Virus record (IMG/VR): IMGVR_UViG_3300008952_000006
Span: 1-64,000 of that record
Origin: a virus
Length of the DNA: 64,000 bases
Strand: one strand, 5' to 3'
Part shown: positions 9,955 through 19,463 of the stretch, one piece after another
Numbering within the stretch: the first letter of the stretch is position 1
How the letters are laid out: each line of letters opens with the position of its first letter
The notes under the pieces: generated by a model
Database searches by the model: none
The model's input: the letters and a program-made list of their open reading frames with translations, nothing else
Told to the model about the DNA's origin: nothing
Translations under genes and position numbers: made by a program

Positions 9955-10658
9955 TGGTTTGATCTCCGAAGATAAGTACGATAGCTCCCCAGCCATCGTA
10001 CTTTTTTTCGCTATTCTTCGCCGTACGTTCTCTTTATCCATCGGGGGCGCGGTATCTGCTCCATCACAATGGTTTCGTACTCTGGGTGTACCTCTGATAA
10101 TACTTCTAGAAGGTATGCCTCTTCGTAGGAGCTAGAGGCCTGTAAGACGAATTTCTGTTCTTCTTGAAGATGTAAGTTGTAAACAGTAACCCGCCAAAAT
10201 ATCATAGTATTTAAATTCCATTGGTACGGATCTGGTAGGTACCTTTGTTGCGTTCTTTCTTGGGAGGGGTGCGATTAACCGGTGGGGAGTAGAGAAATTG
10301 GGCGGGGGGCTTCTGTAATTCTTTGGGTGGGTTGATGGCTTGACAATCCATGCTCCTTTCCTGTTTAACGCGAAAACCGACACTGTTCTCGGTTAATTCT
10401 TTAAGAGGTGTGCTTTTCGGGTCATCCTCCTTAATCACGGAAATACCTTGACTTACCTCAATATTGGTCCACTGGCAAATGTAGGATACGGGGGGTTCAG
10501 TTTTTACTCTAGGCTTCGGGATAGTGCAACAGCCTGTTCCAAGCACCAAAAGGCACATTAATAGTTTTGAAACCAAACACTTCATAGGTAATAATACCCA
10601 TGCCACGCCACTTAGTAGAAGTGGCCCACTTTTTATTTTTATTACTTCTATTTATTAC

Positions 10659-10687
10659 GCAAAATAAACAGCTAGTAATGGCATAAG
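10659..10687 (+). promoter_or_regulatory. recurrent phage promoter motif
   Basis: GCAAAA-N15-GGCATAAG upstream of the 10708 gene. Confidence 0.7.
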
Positions 10688-10707
10688 AGTGATGGAGGAG
10701 ATGTCCC

Positions 10708-11343
10708 ATGAAAGTAATTCACAGCAGCGACCTACACGGTCACTTCGACGCGCTGTTTGCGCATCGGGAGTTCGATCTTTGGATCGACACCGGCGATTTC
10801 TTTCCCAACGAATCTCGGGGAGGCCCGGGGGAAGAAGCGTACCAAAGAAACTGGACACTCGAGGCAGACGTGGCGAAGACTATTGTCAACTGGCTGGATG
10901 GGAGACCTATGGTGTCTGTCCCAGGCAACCATGACTACGCAGACCTTGTAGACATCCTCTGCGCCTACGGAGCCAACGCTCATCGTGTAGACGAGCAGGG
11001 TGTAGAGGTAGCTGGTCTAAAGTTTGCGGGCTTCAGAGAAGTCCCGTGGATTGAGGGAGAATGGAACGGGGAAACATATGCTTTTGAGGCGCTGGTAGCG
11101 TCAACAATCGCGAGCGACCCAGACGTTCTTGTAACTCACGCCCCGCCATCGGGCGTATTAGACCTATGTCCGGATAATAACCATGGTGGAATAAGTGAAC
11201 TAACTACAGCACTCACTTGGTCTGACCATAATATAAGAGCACATTTTTTCGGACATATCCACCAAAACGGTGGGAAGGTTCGGAAAGAGATGGGCATAAA
11301 GTTCATCAACGGGGCCACGAAGGTGTTGACCCACGCTCTTTAA
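10708..11343 (+). CDS. calcineurin-like metallophosphoesterase
   Basis: SDLHG, TGDF, GNHD, THAPP and GHIH motifs. Confidence 0.9.
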   Translation: MKVIHSSDLHGHFDALFAHREFDLWIDTGDFFPNESRGGPGEEAYQRNWTLEADVAKTIVNWLDGRPMVSVPGNHDYADLVDILCAYGANAHRVDEQGVEVAGLKFAGFREVPWIEGEWNGETYAFEALVASTIASDPDVLVTHAPPSGVLDLCPDNNHGGISELTTALTWSDHNIRAHFFGHIHQNGGKVRKEMGIKFINGATKVLTHAL

Positions 11344-11349
11344 ACACTT

Positions 11350-11461
11350 TGGGAGGGGGGAGGCCAAGGTATCCAGCGGCCCTCAACGGGGCTGAGCGCC
11401 TTGGCTGTCGTTCTAGAGCGGCAACGGTTCTGGGATAAGTAAAGCCTTAGCCCCCCTCCCA
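11350..11461 (+). ncRNA. putative structured RNA (multibranch)
   Basis: TGGGAGGGGGG/CCCCCCTCCCA closing stem; inner GCCAAGG/CCTTGGC and TGTCGTT/AGCGGCA helices. Confidence 0.45.
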
Positions 11462-11484
11462 TCTCCCTAATAATTGAGGACAAC

Positions 11485-11928
11485 ATGAAGACAATTGAAG
11501 TAGGGGACGTAGTTACCGCTGGTAACGATGTCTACAAAGATGGAAAACTGTACGCGGACACCGGAGCAAGGGGTCTGGTGTGGAAAGTTCTCAACCACCC
11601 AGAGGGACGGGTGGTGTTGGTGAGTTTTCATTTCAGTAAAATTCTTATAGAAATGCCTGAAGACGAGGTGGTCTTCAGGTCTAGACGAAGGTGCCCTATC
11701 TGTAAAGACTGGGATCCCTTTAGTGCAGACGAGTACATGCTCAAGGACGAGGTTTGGTATCAGGTAATGCCCACCCATAAAGGGCACCCCCACATTGCAT
11801 GCTTTGAGGAAAGGCTGGGGCGTCATCTACGTGAAGAAGATTTTCGTAAGAACGTCCCACTAAACCGCATGATCCTACTTGGTATTAAGATCGGCAAACG
11901 CACAGCCAATTCAGAGCCAGGTGGTTAA
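11485..11928 (+). CDS. hypothetical protein with CxxC...HxxC motif
   Basis: CPIC ... HIAC; GAGGA RBS. Confidence 0.6.
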   Translation: MKTIEVGDVVTAGNDVYKDGKLYADTGARGLVWKVLNHPEGRVVLVSFHFSKILIEMPEDEVVFRSRRRCPICKDWDPFSADEYMLKDEVWYQVMPTHKGHPHIACFEERLGRHLREEDFRKNVPLNRMILLGIKIGKRTANSEPGG

Positions 11929-11961
11929 AGCCAGCGAATTATAAATAGTAATATTAATCAC

Positions 11962-12228
11962 CCTTGTTTGAGGGGGGAACATCTCAGAGTGTACTGGGCT
12001 TGGAAACTTGCTTGCCAGTACATGCGGTGGCCCCGCTTCGGATGTGCAACGGAATGTTCCGGCAGTCCCCTGGAAAGGGGTCTGAGTCGATTACTAGTCG
12101 GGTTAACACGGCTCTTAAGAGACAGTGCATCAAGACACTCGAGTAAGCCTTTGCAGCGCGAAGTGGGAGTAACGACCCCATGTTGCAACGGAAGAAGTAG
12201 AGCTGGGATGTTCTCTCCCCAGACAAGG
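11962..12228 (+). ncRNA. putative ~267-nt structured ncRNA
   Basis: 26-nt terminal stem (CCTTGTTTG/CAGACAAGG plus GAACATCTCAG/CTGGGATGTTC) enclosing several hairpins. Confidence 0.6.
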
Positions 12229-12719
12229 TTTCTTTAACAAAGAAGGAGGGCGAAATGCCATATTTAGGAAGAGTAGAAAATGCGCCAGTAAAAGCGGCGA
12301 GGCTCGGTGCAAGGCACAGGGCGGGAGAGAAGATCTGGGAAGTGTGCGCGGTACGCGGGCACCGAGTACAGATTAAATATTACTGCCCGCACAGCGGCGA
12401 GACAGTAAGGCGTTGGATCTCCCAGAAGGAGTTCAGTGAATGGTAAGAAAGAAGAAAACCAGGAAAAGGAGGAGCATCGTTGCGCTCCAGATGATTCTCC
12501 GTACTGGTAACCACACAGGAGCGCATAAAAACCGGACAGCCGACATCCGAAAGGGTAGATGCAGGAAGGTCAAACACAAGAGGGGGGCTGGCGAAAGCGG
12601 CCCCTCTTCTTTTTTAGGAGGTACATTATGGATACCAATTGTGCAGAGTCGCTATTTATAGTGGTGGTGATGGTAGCTGTGCTACTCGCCTACATCGCGA
12701 CTCCCGTAGAGCTAGGCTA

Positions 12720-12989
12720 ATGAAACCCTGTATAGGTTCTGGCTATTGTTGTTGGAAGGCTCCATGCACGGAGTCATTAAAGAAAAACCCAGGGCTAACG
12801 AGCGGTCCATGCCCAGAGCTTACATGGGATGGGACTCGTCATTTATGCGGCCTAATACTTGAAGCGGGCCCACGGAGGAAAGAATGGCTAAAGGGGAAAT
12901 TGTACATAGGAGGGGGTTGTTGCAGCCCACTCAACAGCTGGAGGCGGGAGAGCCTACAAGACCGGACCAATTACGTCCCGAGTTTTTAA
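12720..12989 (+). CDS. small Cys-rich (Zn/Fe-S binding) protein
   Basis: MKPCIGSGYCCWKAPC...CPEL...C...GCC. Confidence 0.5.
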   Translation: MKPCIGSGYCCWKAPCTESLKKNPGLTSGPCPELTWDGTRHLCGLILEAGPRRKEWLKGKLYIGGGCCSPLNSWRRESLQDRTNYVPSF

Positions 12990-13177
12990 TTGAGTTCATA
13001 AGAGAACTAATAAAAAATAATCCAAACGGAGATCTCTTAAGTCTTTCTCTCGTAACAGCAGCACGAAGAACGTCTGCAACGTCAGAGGAAGAGATGCTCT
13101 TGAAGAAAGCAATAAAACAGACAGCAGAGCAGAGCATGTGGCCGACAGGATTTTATTCATCGGTGTGATTGCGCTGT

Positions 13178-13206
13178 GCAAAACTGCCCGTTATTTGTGG
13201 GATAAG
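13178..13206 (+). promoter_or_regulatory. recurrent phage promoter motif driving the RNA array and Ro60
   Basis: GCAAAA-N15-GGGATAAG. Confidence 0.7.
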
Positions 13207-13216
13207 AAGAATGGAA

Positions 13217-13284
13217 GAATAGCTAGATGCCGGTGAGGACTACATCGAACAAACATGTCTTTGCTAAATCCTTGCTAGCTATTC
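13217..13284 (+). ncRNA. candidate Y-like RNA 1
   Basis: GAATAGCTAG/CTAGCTATTC 10-bp stem, bulged ATGCCG, then TGAGGA/TCCTTG; upstream of the TROVE gene. Confidence 0.65.
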
Positions 13285-13321
13285 GACCTTTGCTTCCTCC
13301 TAACGGGGGTAGTTTCTTCCC

Positions 13322-13412
13322 GGCTCCGAATGCCGTTGTGGTCTACATACCAAAACTAATGTAGCGTGGCTTAATTGCTGCGTCATGACTACAGCACTTA
13401 TTCGTCGGAGCC
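13322..13412 (+). ncRNA. candidate Y-like RNA 2
   Basis: GGCTCCGA/TCGGAGCC stem, ATGCC bulge, GTTGTGGTC/GACTACAGC stem, two apical hairpins; shares ATGCCG.TG.GG.CTACAT with RNA 1. Confidence 0.7.
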
Positions 13413-13429
13413 ACCCTTTTCTCATGGTC

Positions 13430-13533
13430 GGTGACCACACATGAGGAATTGTATGCGAAGTTGCATAACAGTGGTCACCCATTTACCGGGTTAGGGGGGA
13501 GCATCCAAAACATAACATAGCTCCCCCCTTCCC
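13430..13533 (+). ncRNA. two further stem-loops of the pre-TROVE array
   Basis: GGTGACCAC/GTGGTCACC (13430-13479) and AGGGGGGAGC/GCTCCCCCCT (13493-13529, AC-rich loop). Confidence 0.45.
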
Positions 13534-13641
13534 AACGCTTTCCTCATGCCAGGGGATTTTAAGACCTGGGCCGTCTTTAAAGGGCCCATATTTTTTTCCT
13601 ATAAATAAACTGAACTTTTGTCAATTCTCGTAGGAGGGAAA

Positions 13642-15258
13642 ATGAACCGTGAAATCTTTAATACCCTAACCCAACAGGCCCCATTACCGGAGCCTCTACC
13701 GGAACCACTCGTGCTGAACGAGGCAGGCGGGGCGGCGTACGCTCTGTCGAACATGGAGGCTCTAGCGCAACTCGCCTGTACTGGAACCTTTAACGACACC
13801 TTCTACGAGGGTGGAGCCGAGCAGTTCACCAAGGTACTTGAGCTTTGTGAGCAAGTGCCCCCGCGCTTTATTGCGCAGTGTGCGATCTACGCACACCAGC
13901 AAGGGAAGATGAAAGATATGCCAGCGTTGTTGCTGGCTATCGTGGCGTCGAAAGACGTCACCTTGTTTCCAATGCTGTTCGCGACAGTGGTGGGAGGCAA
14001 CCCTAAAATGCTGCGGAACTTCGTCCAGATCATCCGGTCTGGGGTGTTGGGTCGTAGGTCCTTTGGGTATCGCCCCAAGAAGGAGATCCAACAGTGGTTC
14101 CAGGAACGGGACCCCCTGACTCTACTGAAATGTTCAGTGGGAGGGTCGCCAACCCTGGGGGACATCATAAAGATGACTCATCCGAAACCACTGTACCCGT
14201 CTCAGGGTGCAATGTTCGGCTACCTGTGTGGCAGGGAGTACAATATTGAACTTCTCACCCAGCCTGTGCGGGAGTACATCCTGGCCACGCAGGGAGGGGC
14301 CATCACTGATGATGTGCTGAAGCTGCCGCACAGGTTGTTGACCAACCTGGAGTTGTCTGCCCAAGACTGGCGAACTATCGCTCTGAACTCGGGCTGGACC
14401 GCTCAACGGATGAACCTTAATACGTTCGCCCGTCATGGTGTCTTTGAGGGGCCAATGGGAGACTTCACAGCCGAAAGGCTGGCCGAAAAGCTTGCTGACC
14501 CCGTTAGGGTTCGCAACAGCGGCTGTTTCCCATACCAACTTCTGCAGGCTTTTAAGTCTGTCGATGGTGGGGTGCCTCAAGTGGTGAAGGCGGCATTGGA
14601 AAATGCGCTGGACACAGCCTGCTACAATGTTCCTGAGATGGATGGGCGAATGGCAGTACTGGTTGACACCAGCTACTCCATGACCCAAGCCATTACTGGG
14701 AACCGTAGAGGGTCCACATCGGCCACAAGCTGCGTAGACGTAGCGGCCTTAGTCGCCTCAGCGTTCTTGAAGAAGAACCAGGGCAACTGTGAGGTGGTTC
14801 CGTTTGATACGCGGGTCCATGGGGCAATGCTGCAGGCCGGGGCACCAGTTATGGCGAATGCCCAAAAGCTGGCTGACCTTGGCGGGGGTGGTACAGATAT
14901 TGGATGTGCTATTGCGCATCTGAATTCTATAGGCCACACCGGAGAGCTGGTGATCCTTGTGAGTGACAACGAAAGTTGGTTCACGGGTGACCAAGCAAGC
15001 TACCGTAGCAACTACTACAACTCGGGCACCAGCCCGACCCAGGAATGGGTGGCATATAAAGCCAGAAACCCAACCGCGAAGTTGGTGTGCATTGATATCC
15101 AACCGTACTCCACCACACAGGTGGCTACGGACAAGGACGTCTTGAATATTGGAGGCTTTAGTGACTCCGTATTTGAAGCTATTAAAAGCTTCGTGGACAG
15201 CGATGGAGAAGAAAGTTGGATCAAGTTGATTGAAACTCAGGTTGGTTCTCTGGTATAA
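13642..15258 (+). CDS. rsr: Ro60/Rsr-like TROVE plus vWA RNA-binding protein
   Basis: N-terminal NEAGGAAY, TGTFNDTFY, MKDMPALL, RMNLNTFARHG, FPYQLL; vWA DTSYSM, GGGTD, SDNESW, IGGFSD. Confidence 0.92.
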   Translation: MNREIFNTLTQQAPLPEPLPEPLVLNEAGGAAYALSNMEALAQLACTGTFNDTFYEGGAEQFTKVLELCEQVPPRFIAQCAIYAHQQGKMKDMPALLLAIVASKDVTLFPMLFATVVGGNPKMLRNFVQIIRSGVLGRRSFGYRPKKEIQQWFQERDPLTLLKCSVGGSPTLGDIIKMTHPKPLYPSQGAMFGYLCGREYNIELLTQPVREYILATQGGAITDDVLKLPHRLLTNLELSAQDWRTIALNSGWTAQRMNLNTFARHGVFEGPMGDFTAERLAEKLADPVRVRNSGCFPYQLLQAFKSVDGGVPQVVKAALENALDTACYNVPEMDGRMAVLVDTSYSMTQAITGNRRGSTSATSCVDVAALVASAFLKKNQGNCEVVPFDTRVHGAMLQAGAPVMANAQKLADLGGGGTDIGCAIAHLNSIGHTGELVILVSDNESWFTGDQASYRSNYYNSGTSPTQEWVAYKARNPTAKLVCIDIQPYSTTQVATDKDVLNIGGFSDSVFEAIKSFVDSDGEESWIKLIETQVGSLV

Positions 15259-15325
15259 ACGGCGCTTCCGCCGGAAGGTGTGGGATTAAGTAGATCCCCC
15301 CCTTTCGGTGGAGCAACGCTGTAAC

Positions 15326-15348
15326 AGGGGCTTCGGCCCCTCTTTTTT
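15326..15348 (+). terminator. intrinsic terminator
   Basis: AGGGGC-TTCG-GCCCCT followed by a T tract. Confidence 0.85.
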
Positions 15349-15390
15349 ACTCGCTTATGGGAGGCGCATATCACCGAGCAAAAATGGCGG

Positions 15391-15798
15391 ATGACTATCA
15401 CTGATGTCATCGATACGGAAAATAAGTGTGTTATTGAAATAGAGTTGGACGACGACTTCGAGGAGAAGTTTATAGAAATCCACAAAGCACGAAAATGGAA
15501 CGAGGCGCAATTTAAATCCTGGTTCAAAAACGTCCTTTGGAGAACGCTATTGACTATAGAAAAAGGCGGATACGATACAATTTATGATAAATATATCACT
15601 AATAAAATCATTGGTGATATTAAAAATGCGAAAGTTGGAGATATCGTGTCCTTCTGGAAATTAAACAATGGGGAACACACGAGATACATCTCTGATATAA
15701 GTAAAGCGACCCTTGTGACAGAGCCGCTATGGGAGACAGACCAATCCTATAGAGTTAAATTTAAGGACATCACAAGAATTGTGCGTAAGATCCCGTAA
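15391..15798 (+). CDS. hypothetical protein
   Basis: 135-aa ORF. Confidence 0.55.
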   Translation: MTITDVIDTENKCVIEIELDDDFEEKFIEIHKARKWNEAQFKSWFKNVLWRTLLTIEKGGYDTIYDKYITNKIIGDIKNAKVGDIVSFWKLNNGEHTRYISDISKATLVTEPLWETDQSYRVKFKDITRIVRKIP

Positions 15799-15804
15799 TA
15801 TCTT

Positions 15805-15886
15805 GAAGCTGCCTCCCCGCCCGCCACCGTCCATGGGCTTGTTGTTGCCCGCTCCTACGGGGGTCAGGGTGGCGGGGGGCGGCTTC
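15805..15886 (+). ncRNA. putative Y-shaped structured RNA
   Basis: GAAGCTGCCTC/GGGGCGGCTTC and CCGCCACC/GGTGGCGG stems; two apical hairpins, one with a cUACGg tetraloop. Confidence 0.5.
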
Positions 15887-16063
15887 CTGCCTAGTAGAGC
15901 GCGTGTAAGGTAAAAAAGGTTGTCAGTGTCGCAACGACAGACCCATAGCAAACACCGATAAACATACCCAAAGAAAAAGCACTGAGCTTTTTCGTGACGC
16001 TGAAGATTTTTAGTATTATATTTTTTATCATCGATAATACCTCGGCCCTGCACTCATGAATAT

Positions 16064-16384
16064 CTAGTGAACAATGTAGGCACCAAAGAGATGCCAGCCG
16101 AAGACCATTAAGTAGCCTGCGAGTAAGAAAGAGAGAATCCACCGATACTTGCTGGACAGGGCGTAATCAAGAAACAGCAAAGCAAAGGCAACGATTAAAG
16201 CTTTCGCAAAAATAAAAAGAGAAGGGCTAACCCCATAAAAAGCTTCCATAATTGGGTTGAGTTCTTCAACCCCCTGCTCAAGGAAATGAAGCGTGAAAGC
16301 ACCGTCCAGTATGTTCAACAGGTAGAGAATTATTACCCTTGAATCAGTACGCTTTCTACGTGGTCGGAAGGTTCTTCTAAACAT
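16064..16384 (-). CDS. DUF5658-like membrane protein
   Basis: LNILDGAFT...GVEELNPIM...K motif with several TM segments. Confidence 0.7.
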   Translation of the reverse strand: MFRRTFRPRRKRTDSRVIILYLLNILDGAFTLHFLEQGVEELNPIMEAFYGVSPSLFIFAKALIVAFALLFLDYALSSKYRWILSFLLAGYLMVFGWHLFGAYIVH

Positions 16385-16592
16385 AGGTTATTTTCCGTCG
16401 AAGTATTTTAAAATCAGGGATCGTAAGTGTCCTGCTGAATGGCTCTTGGGATTTCTGTGAAATTGATAGAGCCAGTCGCCGGGAACAACAAACAAGACGC
16501 CTTTTCTTGCGTCCCAAATGCCTGGGGAGAATTCGCACTGGCCTACGCCGGAGTCTCCATCTTTCGCAATAAATAAAAACCATGCCATATCT

Positions 16593-16937
16593 TCATTCTG
16601 GGCTAGTTATCACTCGCAGAGCGGGCCTCCCGTCTTTGCGAATTGGGGCAATCCCGTCATTTAATTCCTCAAAGTGAACAGCTATCTCACCGAATTCATT
16701 GGGGTTTTTGTCTCCCTCATCAACAGCAATAAAACAACGCGGGAACACACTCACAATTGTTCCGGTAGCGCCGCGCAATATTCGTCGCACAAAGGCTCCC
16801 CCTACAAAGGGATCGGCTACCTGTAAGTCGCGCATAAACATTACACGGGTGCCTTTTTCAAATAAGCGTGGGCTTTCGCCCTTCTTCCAAACCTTGGTTG
16901 AATATACTTTGTCTTCTTCGTCTTGAGTCACAGACAC
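16593..16937 (-). CDS. hypothetical protein (SH3-like beta barrel possible)
   Basis: KGTRV...GATGTIVSV pattern. Confidence 0.45.
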   Translation of the reverse strand: MSVTQDEEDKVYSTKVWKKGESPRLFEKGTRVMFMRDLQVADPFVGGAFVRRILRGATGTIVSVFPRCFIAVDEGDKNPNEFGEIAVHFEELNDGIAPIRKDGRPALRVITSPE

Positions 16938-17021
16938 GAATCCCCCCCTCAGCTATAAATATACATGTGTAATAAACGGGTGAGGAACCCTGTAATAAAT
17001 TCTAAAGGGGCTTCTACCCCG

Positions 17022-17050
17022 GCAATAAACCTGCCGCTCTTGGGTATAAG
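17022..17050 (+). promoter_or_regulatory. recurrent phage promoter motif
   Basis: GCAATA-N15-GGTATAAG. Confidence 0.65.
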
Positions 17051-17136
17051 GTTATTGTAGGGATATATTTATTTATACAAATATATTTCTATGGGAGAAG
17101 AAACTATTTGCCCCGTCTGGGGAGAAGGAGTCAAAA

Positions 17137-17652
17137 ATGAGTCTCATAGATGACATGTACGCAGGCAGGGTGTTGCCTGCTAGCACCTGCCCCCACAAGG
17201 TGGGGCAGATCCACAATGAGCTAGTACGTCGGCTAGAAAGGGAGCTTAATAAATCCCATGTCTGGCTTGCCGTGTGCACCGTAGCGGTAGAGGCTGGACA
17301 CTGGCGAGGGGACAGGCTTTTGAAGAGAAGGCTAAAGCTCCTAGACATGATAAACGCGTGCAGGTTGTTCCTAGGCACCGATATCTTGAAGCCAGAAACA
17401 GGTTGGGCCCGGAAGGGTCTTGTCTACGGATATGGCGCGCATAGCCAGTGGAGACGGGAAACCGGTCACAGTGCTGAGACAACATTCGCGTTGTCTGAAT
17501 TTGTGTTGACCGCTCTCAAGATTAACAATGGTATTGTGTTTGCGGCACCCGGCTTAAAAGAGGAATTAAACGAGTTTGGGGAAATGATGTTCAAACGCAT
17601 GCAAGAAGGCATGCTTAAGGAGGCAGAGGCATATGAAGAAGAAGAAGAATAA
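17137..17652 (+). CDS. hypothetical protein
   Basis: AAGGAG RBS; 171 aa. Confidence 0.65.
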   Translation: MSLIDDMYAGRVLPASTCPHKVGQIHNELVRRLERELNKSHVWLAVCTVAVEAGHWRGDRLLKRRLKLLDMINACRLFLGTDILKPETGWARKGLVYGYGAHSQWRRETGHSAETTFALSEFVLTALKINNGIVFAAPGLKEELNEFGEMMFKRMQEGMLKEAEAYEEEEE

Positions 17653-17843
17653 AGAAAGCTTAAGTGGTGGGAAGGCGTACATGGAATATCTATTCTCCAC
17701 GTATCCGCCATCAATGACGTTGAGGGACGTAGTGGCGTGCGAGCAAAAGCGAATGTCTGTAATTAAAGATGCAGCCAAAAGTAAAAAATAACCCATACCA
17801 CAGGCGGCCCCGCGCAAGATAAACTGGACGAGGAGGAAGAGAT

Positions 17844-18287
17844 ATGGATGATGGAACCACAGGCACGTTAGAGGCCATCGAGGCGCTCACTCTGCAGGCT
17901 GCTGCGCCCTACACTGTTTCCGCATGGACCGAAAAGGTACAAAGCGGCTATAAACAGTACGAGACCGCAGACAGGCTGACAACATATCTAATCCTTGCCT
18001 ACAAAGGAAGGGTCCTGTTCTACGGTGTGGAGGTCCCCAAAAAGCGCTTCACGATACCCTCACTTTCAGGTGATCCTGAGTGTGAGGAGTATCTTGCGGC
18101 TCTGTACACTCCGTGCTTGTTCGCTCATAGGGGCGACATCAGCATCGAAGAGTTAAAGGACATCGTGCATGCGGATAGCGACTATGAGATCTGCAGCTTA
18201 AAATCCCTGGCTCCTGGCGAAGAGGAAACCGACGATGGGTTCTTCTTAAGAAACGCCATGTGGCTTGTAAACGCATTAATCCATTAG
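17844..18287 (+). CDS. hypothetical protein
   Basis: GAGGAGG RBS; 147 aa. Confidence 0.65.
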   Translation: MDDGTTGTLEAIEALTLQAAAPYTVSAWTEKVQSGYKQYETADRLTTYLILAYKGRVLFYGVEVPKKRFTIPSLSGDPECEEYLAALYTPCLFAHRGDISIEELKDIVHADSDYEICSLKSLAPGEEETDDGFFLRNAMWLVNALIH

Positions 18288-18703
18288 AGGAGGTAATGAT
18301 GGGCAGGCTTGGAGTAGAGTGGATCCCCGACTGGCATATGAAGAAATTAACTTGCGCCTCTTGCGGAGAGAGGCGATCAGTAAAGTATAAAACAAGTGAG
18401 GGAGAGACCCTCTGTAATATGTGTGTTGCAGCACCAAAGCGCACCCAAGCGCCAGCACACAAACCTACAGAGATTTGAGAGGGATACCCTGGGGTGGGTC
18501 GGCGCGGGCGGCGTCGTTAGTGCTCTCCAAGAGCACACCGCCCGTGGGGGAGGATCGAATGATTCCAGCATGGCTGATCGAGGAACTTGAGAGACTTCGT
18601 GAAGAGCAACAACGTGAGGAGCAGGAGCGGCTCCAGTTACCGCTCCCAGAAAATAGGCGTCAGGAGCAACCGAAAAAAGAGCCCACGCCAACGACAATAA
18701 GTT

Positions 18704-18803
18704 TCGAACTGTAGGGGTCAGTATTCCCCCGCCTGGGCCGAATACCATGTGAATCCCAGGTCGCGACACGGGTTTACCGGTGTGGGGAGCCTCTACAGTT
18801 CGA
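18704..18803 (+). ncRNA. putative three-way-junction RNA
   Basis: TCGAACTGTAGGGG/CCTCTACAGTTCGA 14-bp stem; TCCCC/GGGGA; CCTGGG/CCCAGG; ACAC/GTGT. Confidence 0.45.
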
Positions 18804-19145
18804 TTTAAAATCACGGACTTTCTTTTTGAGTGGAGAGATAACAATGGAAAAAGCTGAAGACGAAGCCGTCCCAGTTAAGTGGTGGGAGTACGAGGTCTGG
18901 AGACATTGGACCCGCCACCCTAATGCTTGGACATACAAACACCCAGTAGAGAACCCACGTGTAATTTTTACGCGTTGGGGGAGCGTAAAGCTGGGCTGCA
19001 TACATAAAGAGATGGATGACGATGGTCGCATCACATACCGCATCGAAGGATCAAGGCATACTTTTCAATACCTTAAAGATGCTGGTTGCGCCTTATATGC
19101 AAGGCACTGTTTAAGTGGTCTTAGTACGTGGTAGCGTGCTATGAT

Positions 19146-19457
19146 CACAACGGCTCGGGGCGGTGAGCAGGTTGTGCTGCTTATAAAGGCCGCCGCTTAC
19201 GGGCCAACTCCTGCATCTACTCACTCCCCGATCTCCTTTCTAGTACTTTGGTGGGGGGAGTGGGTAGGTGCTACCCCAACATTTTTTAAGATTTCCTGCA
19301 ACGCTTAGGCAAGAAATACCGTTTAGTATGTTGGGTGGACTTGGATGACTCATCCACAAGTCTTTTTATAAAAAAGTTCCAATCACCGGTCAGATGAACC
19401 GGTCTTCTACACCTAGGATAGTGAGCCCTCAGCGGTTGCCCCGCTACGTAAGGAGTT
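19146..19457 (+). ncRNA. putative ~310-nt structured RNA / cis-regulatory leader
   Basis: 17-bp helix 19213-19229/19255-19271; CCCAACAT/ATGTTGGG; GACTTG/CAAGTC; AACTCCT/AGGAGTT covers the next RBS. Confidence 0.55.
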
Positions 19458-19463
19458 AGCGAC

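Noticed and set aside
12086-12150. Twister-ribozyme-like words (UUAC...GAGUAA)
   Set aside because: Could not place the UAA cleavage strand or the second pseudoknot
13217-13590. tRNA cluster or CRISPR array
   Set aside because: No T-loop or CCA cloverleaf; only two degenerate repeats without regular spacers; no cas genes
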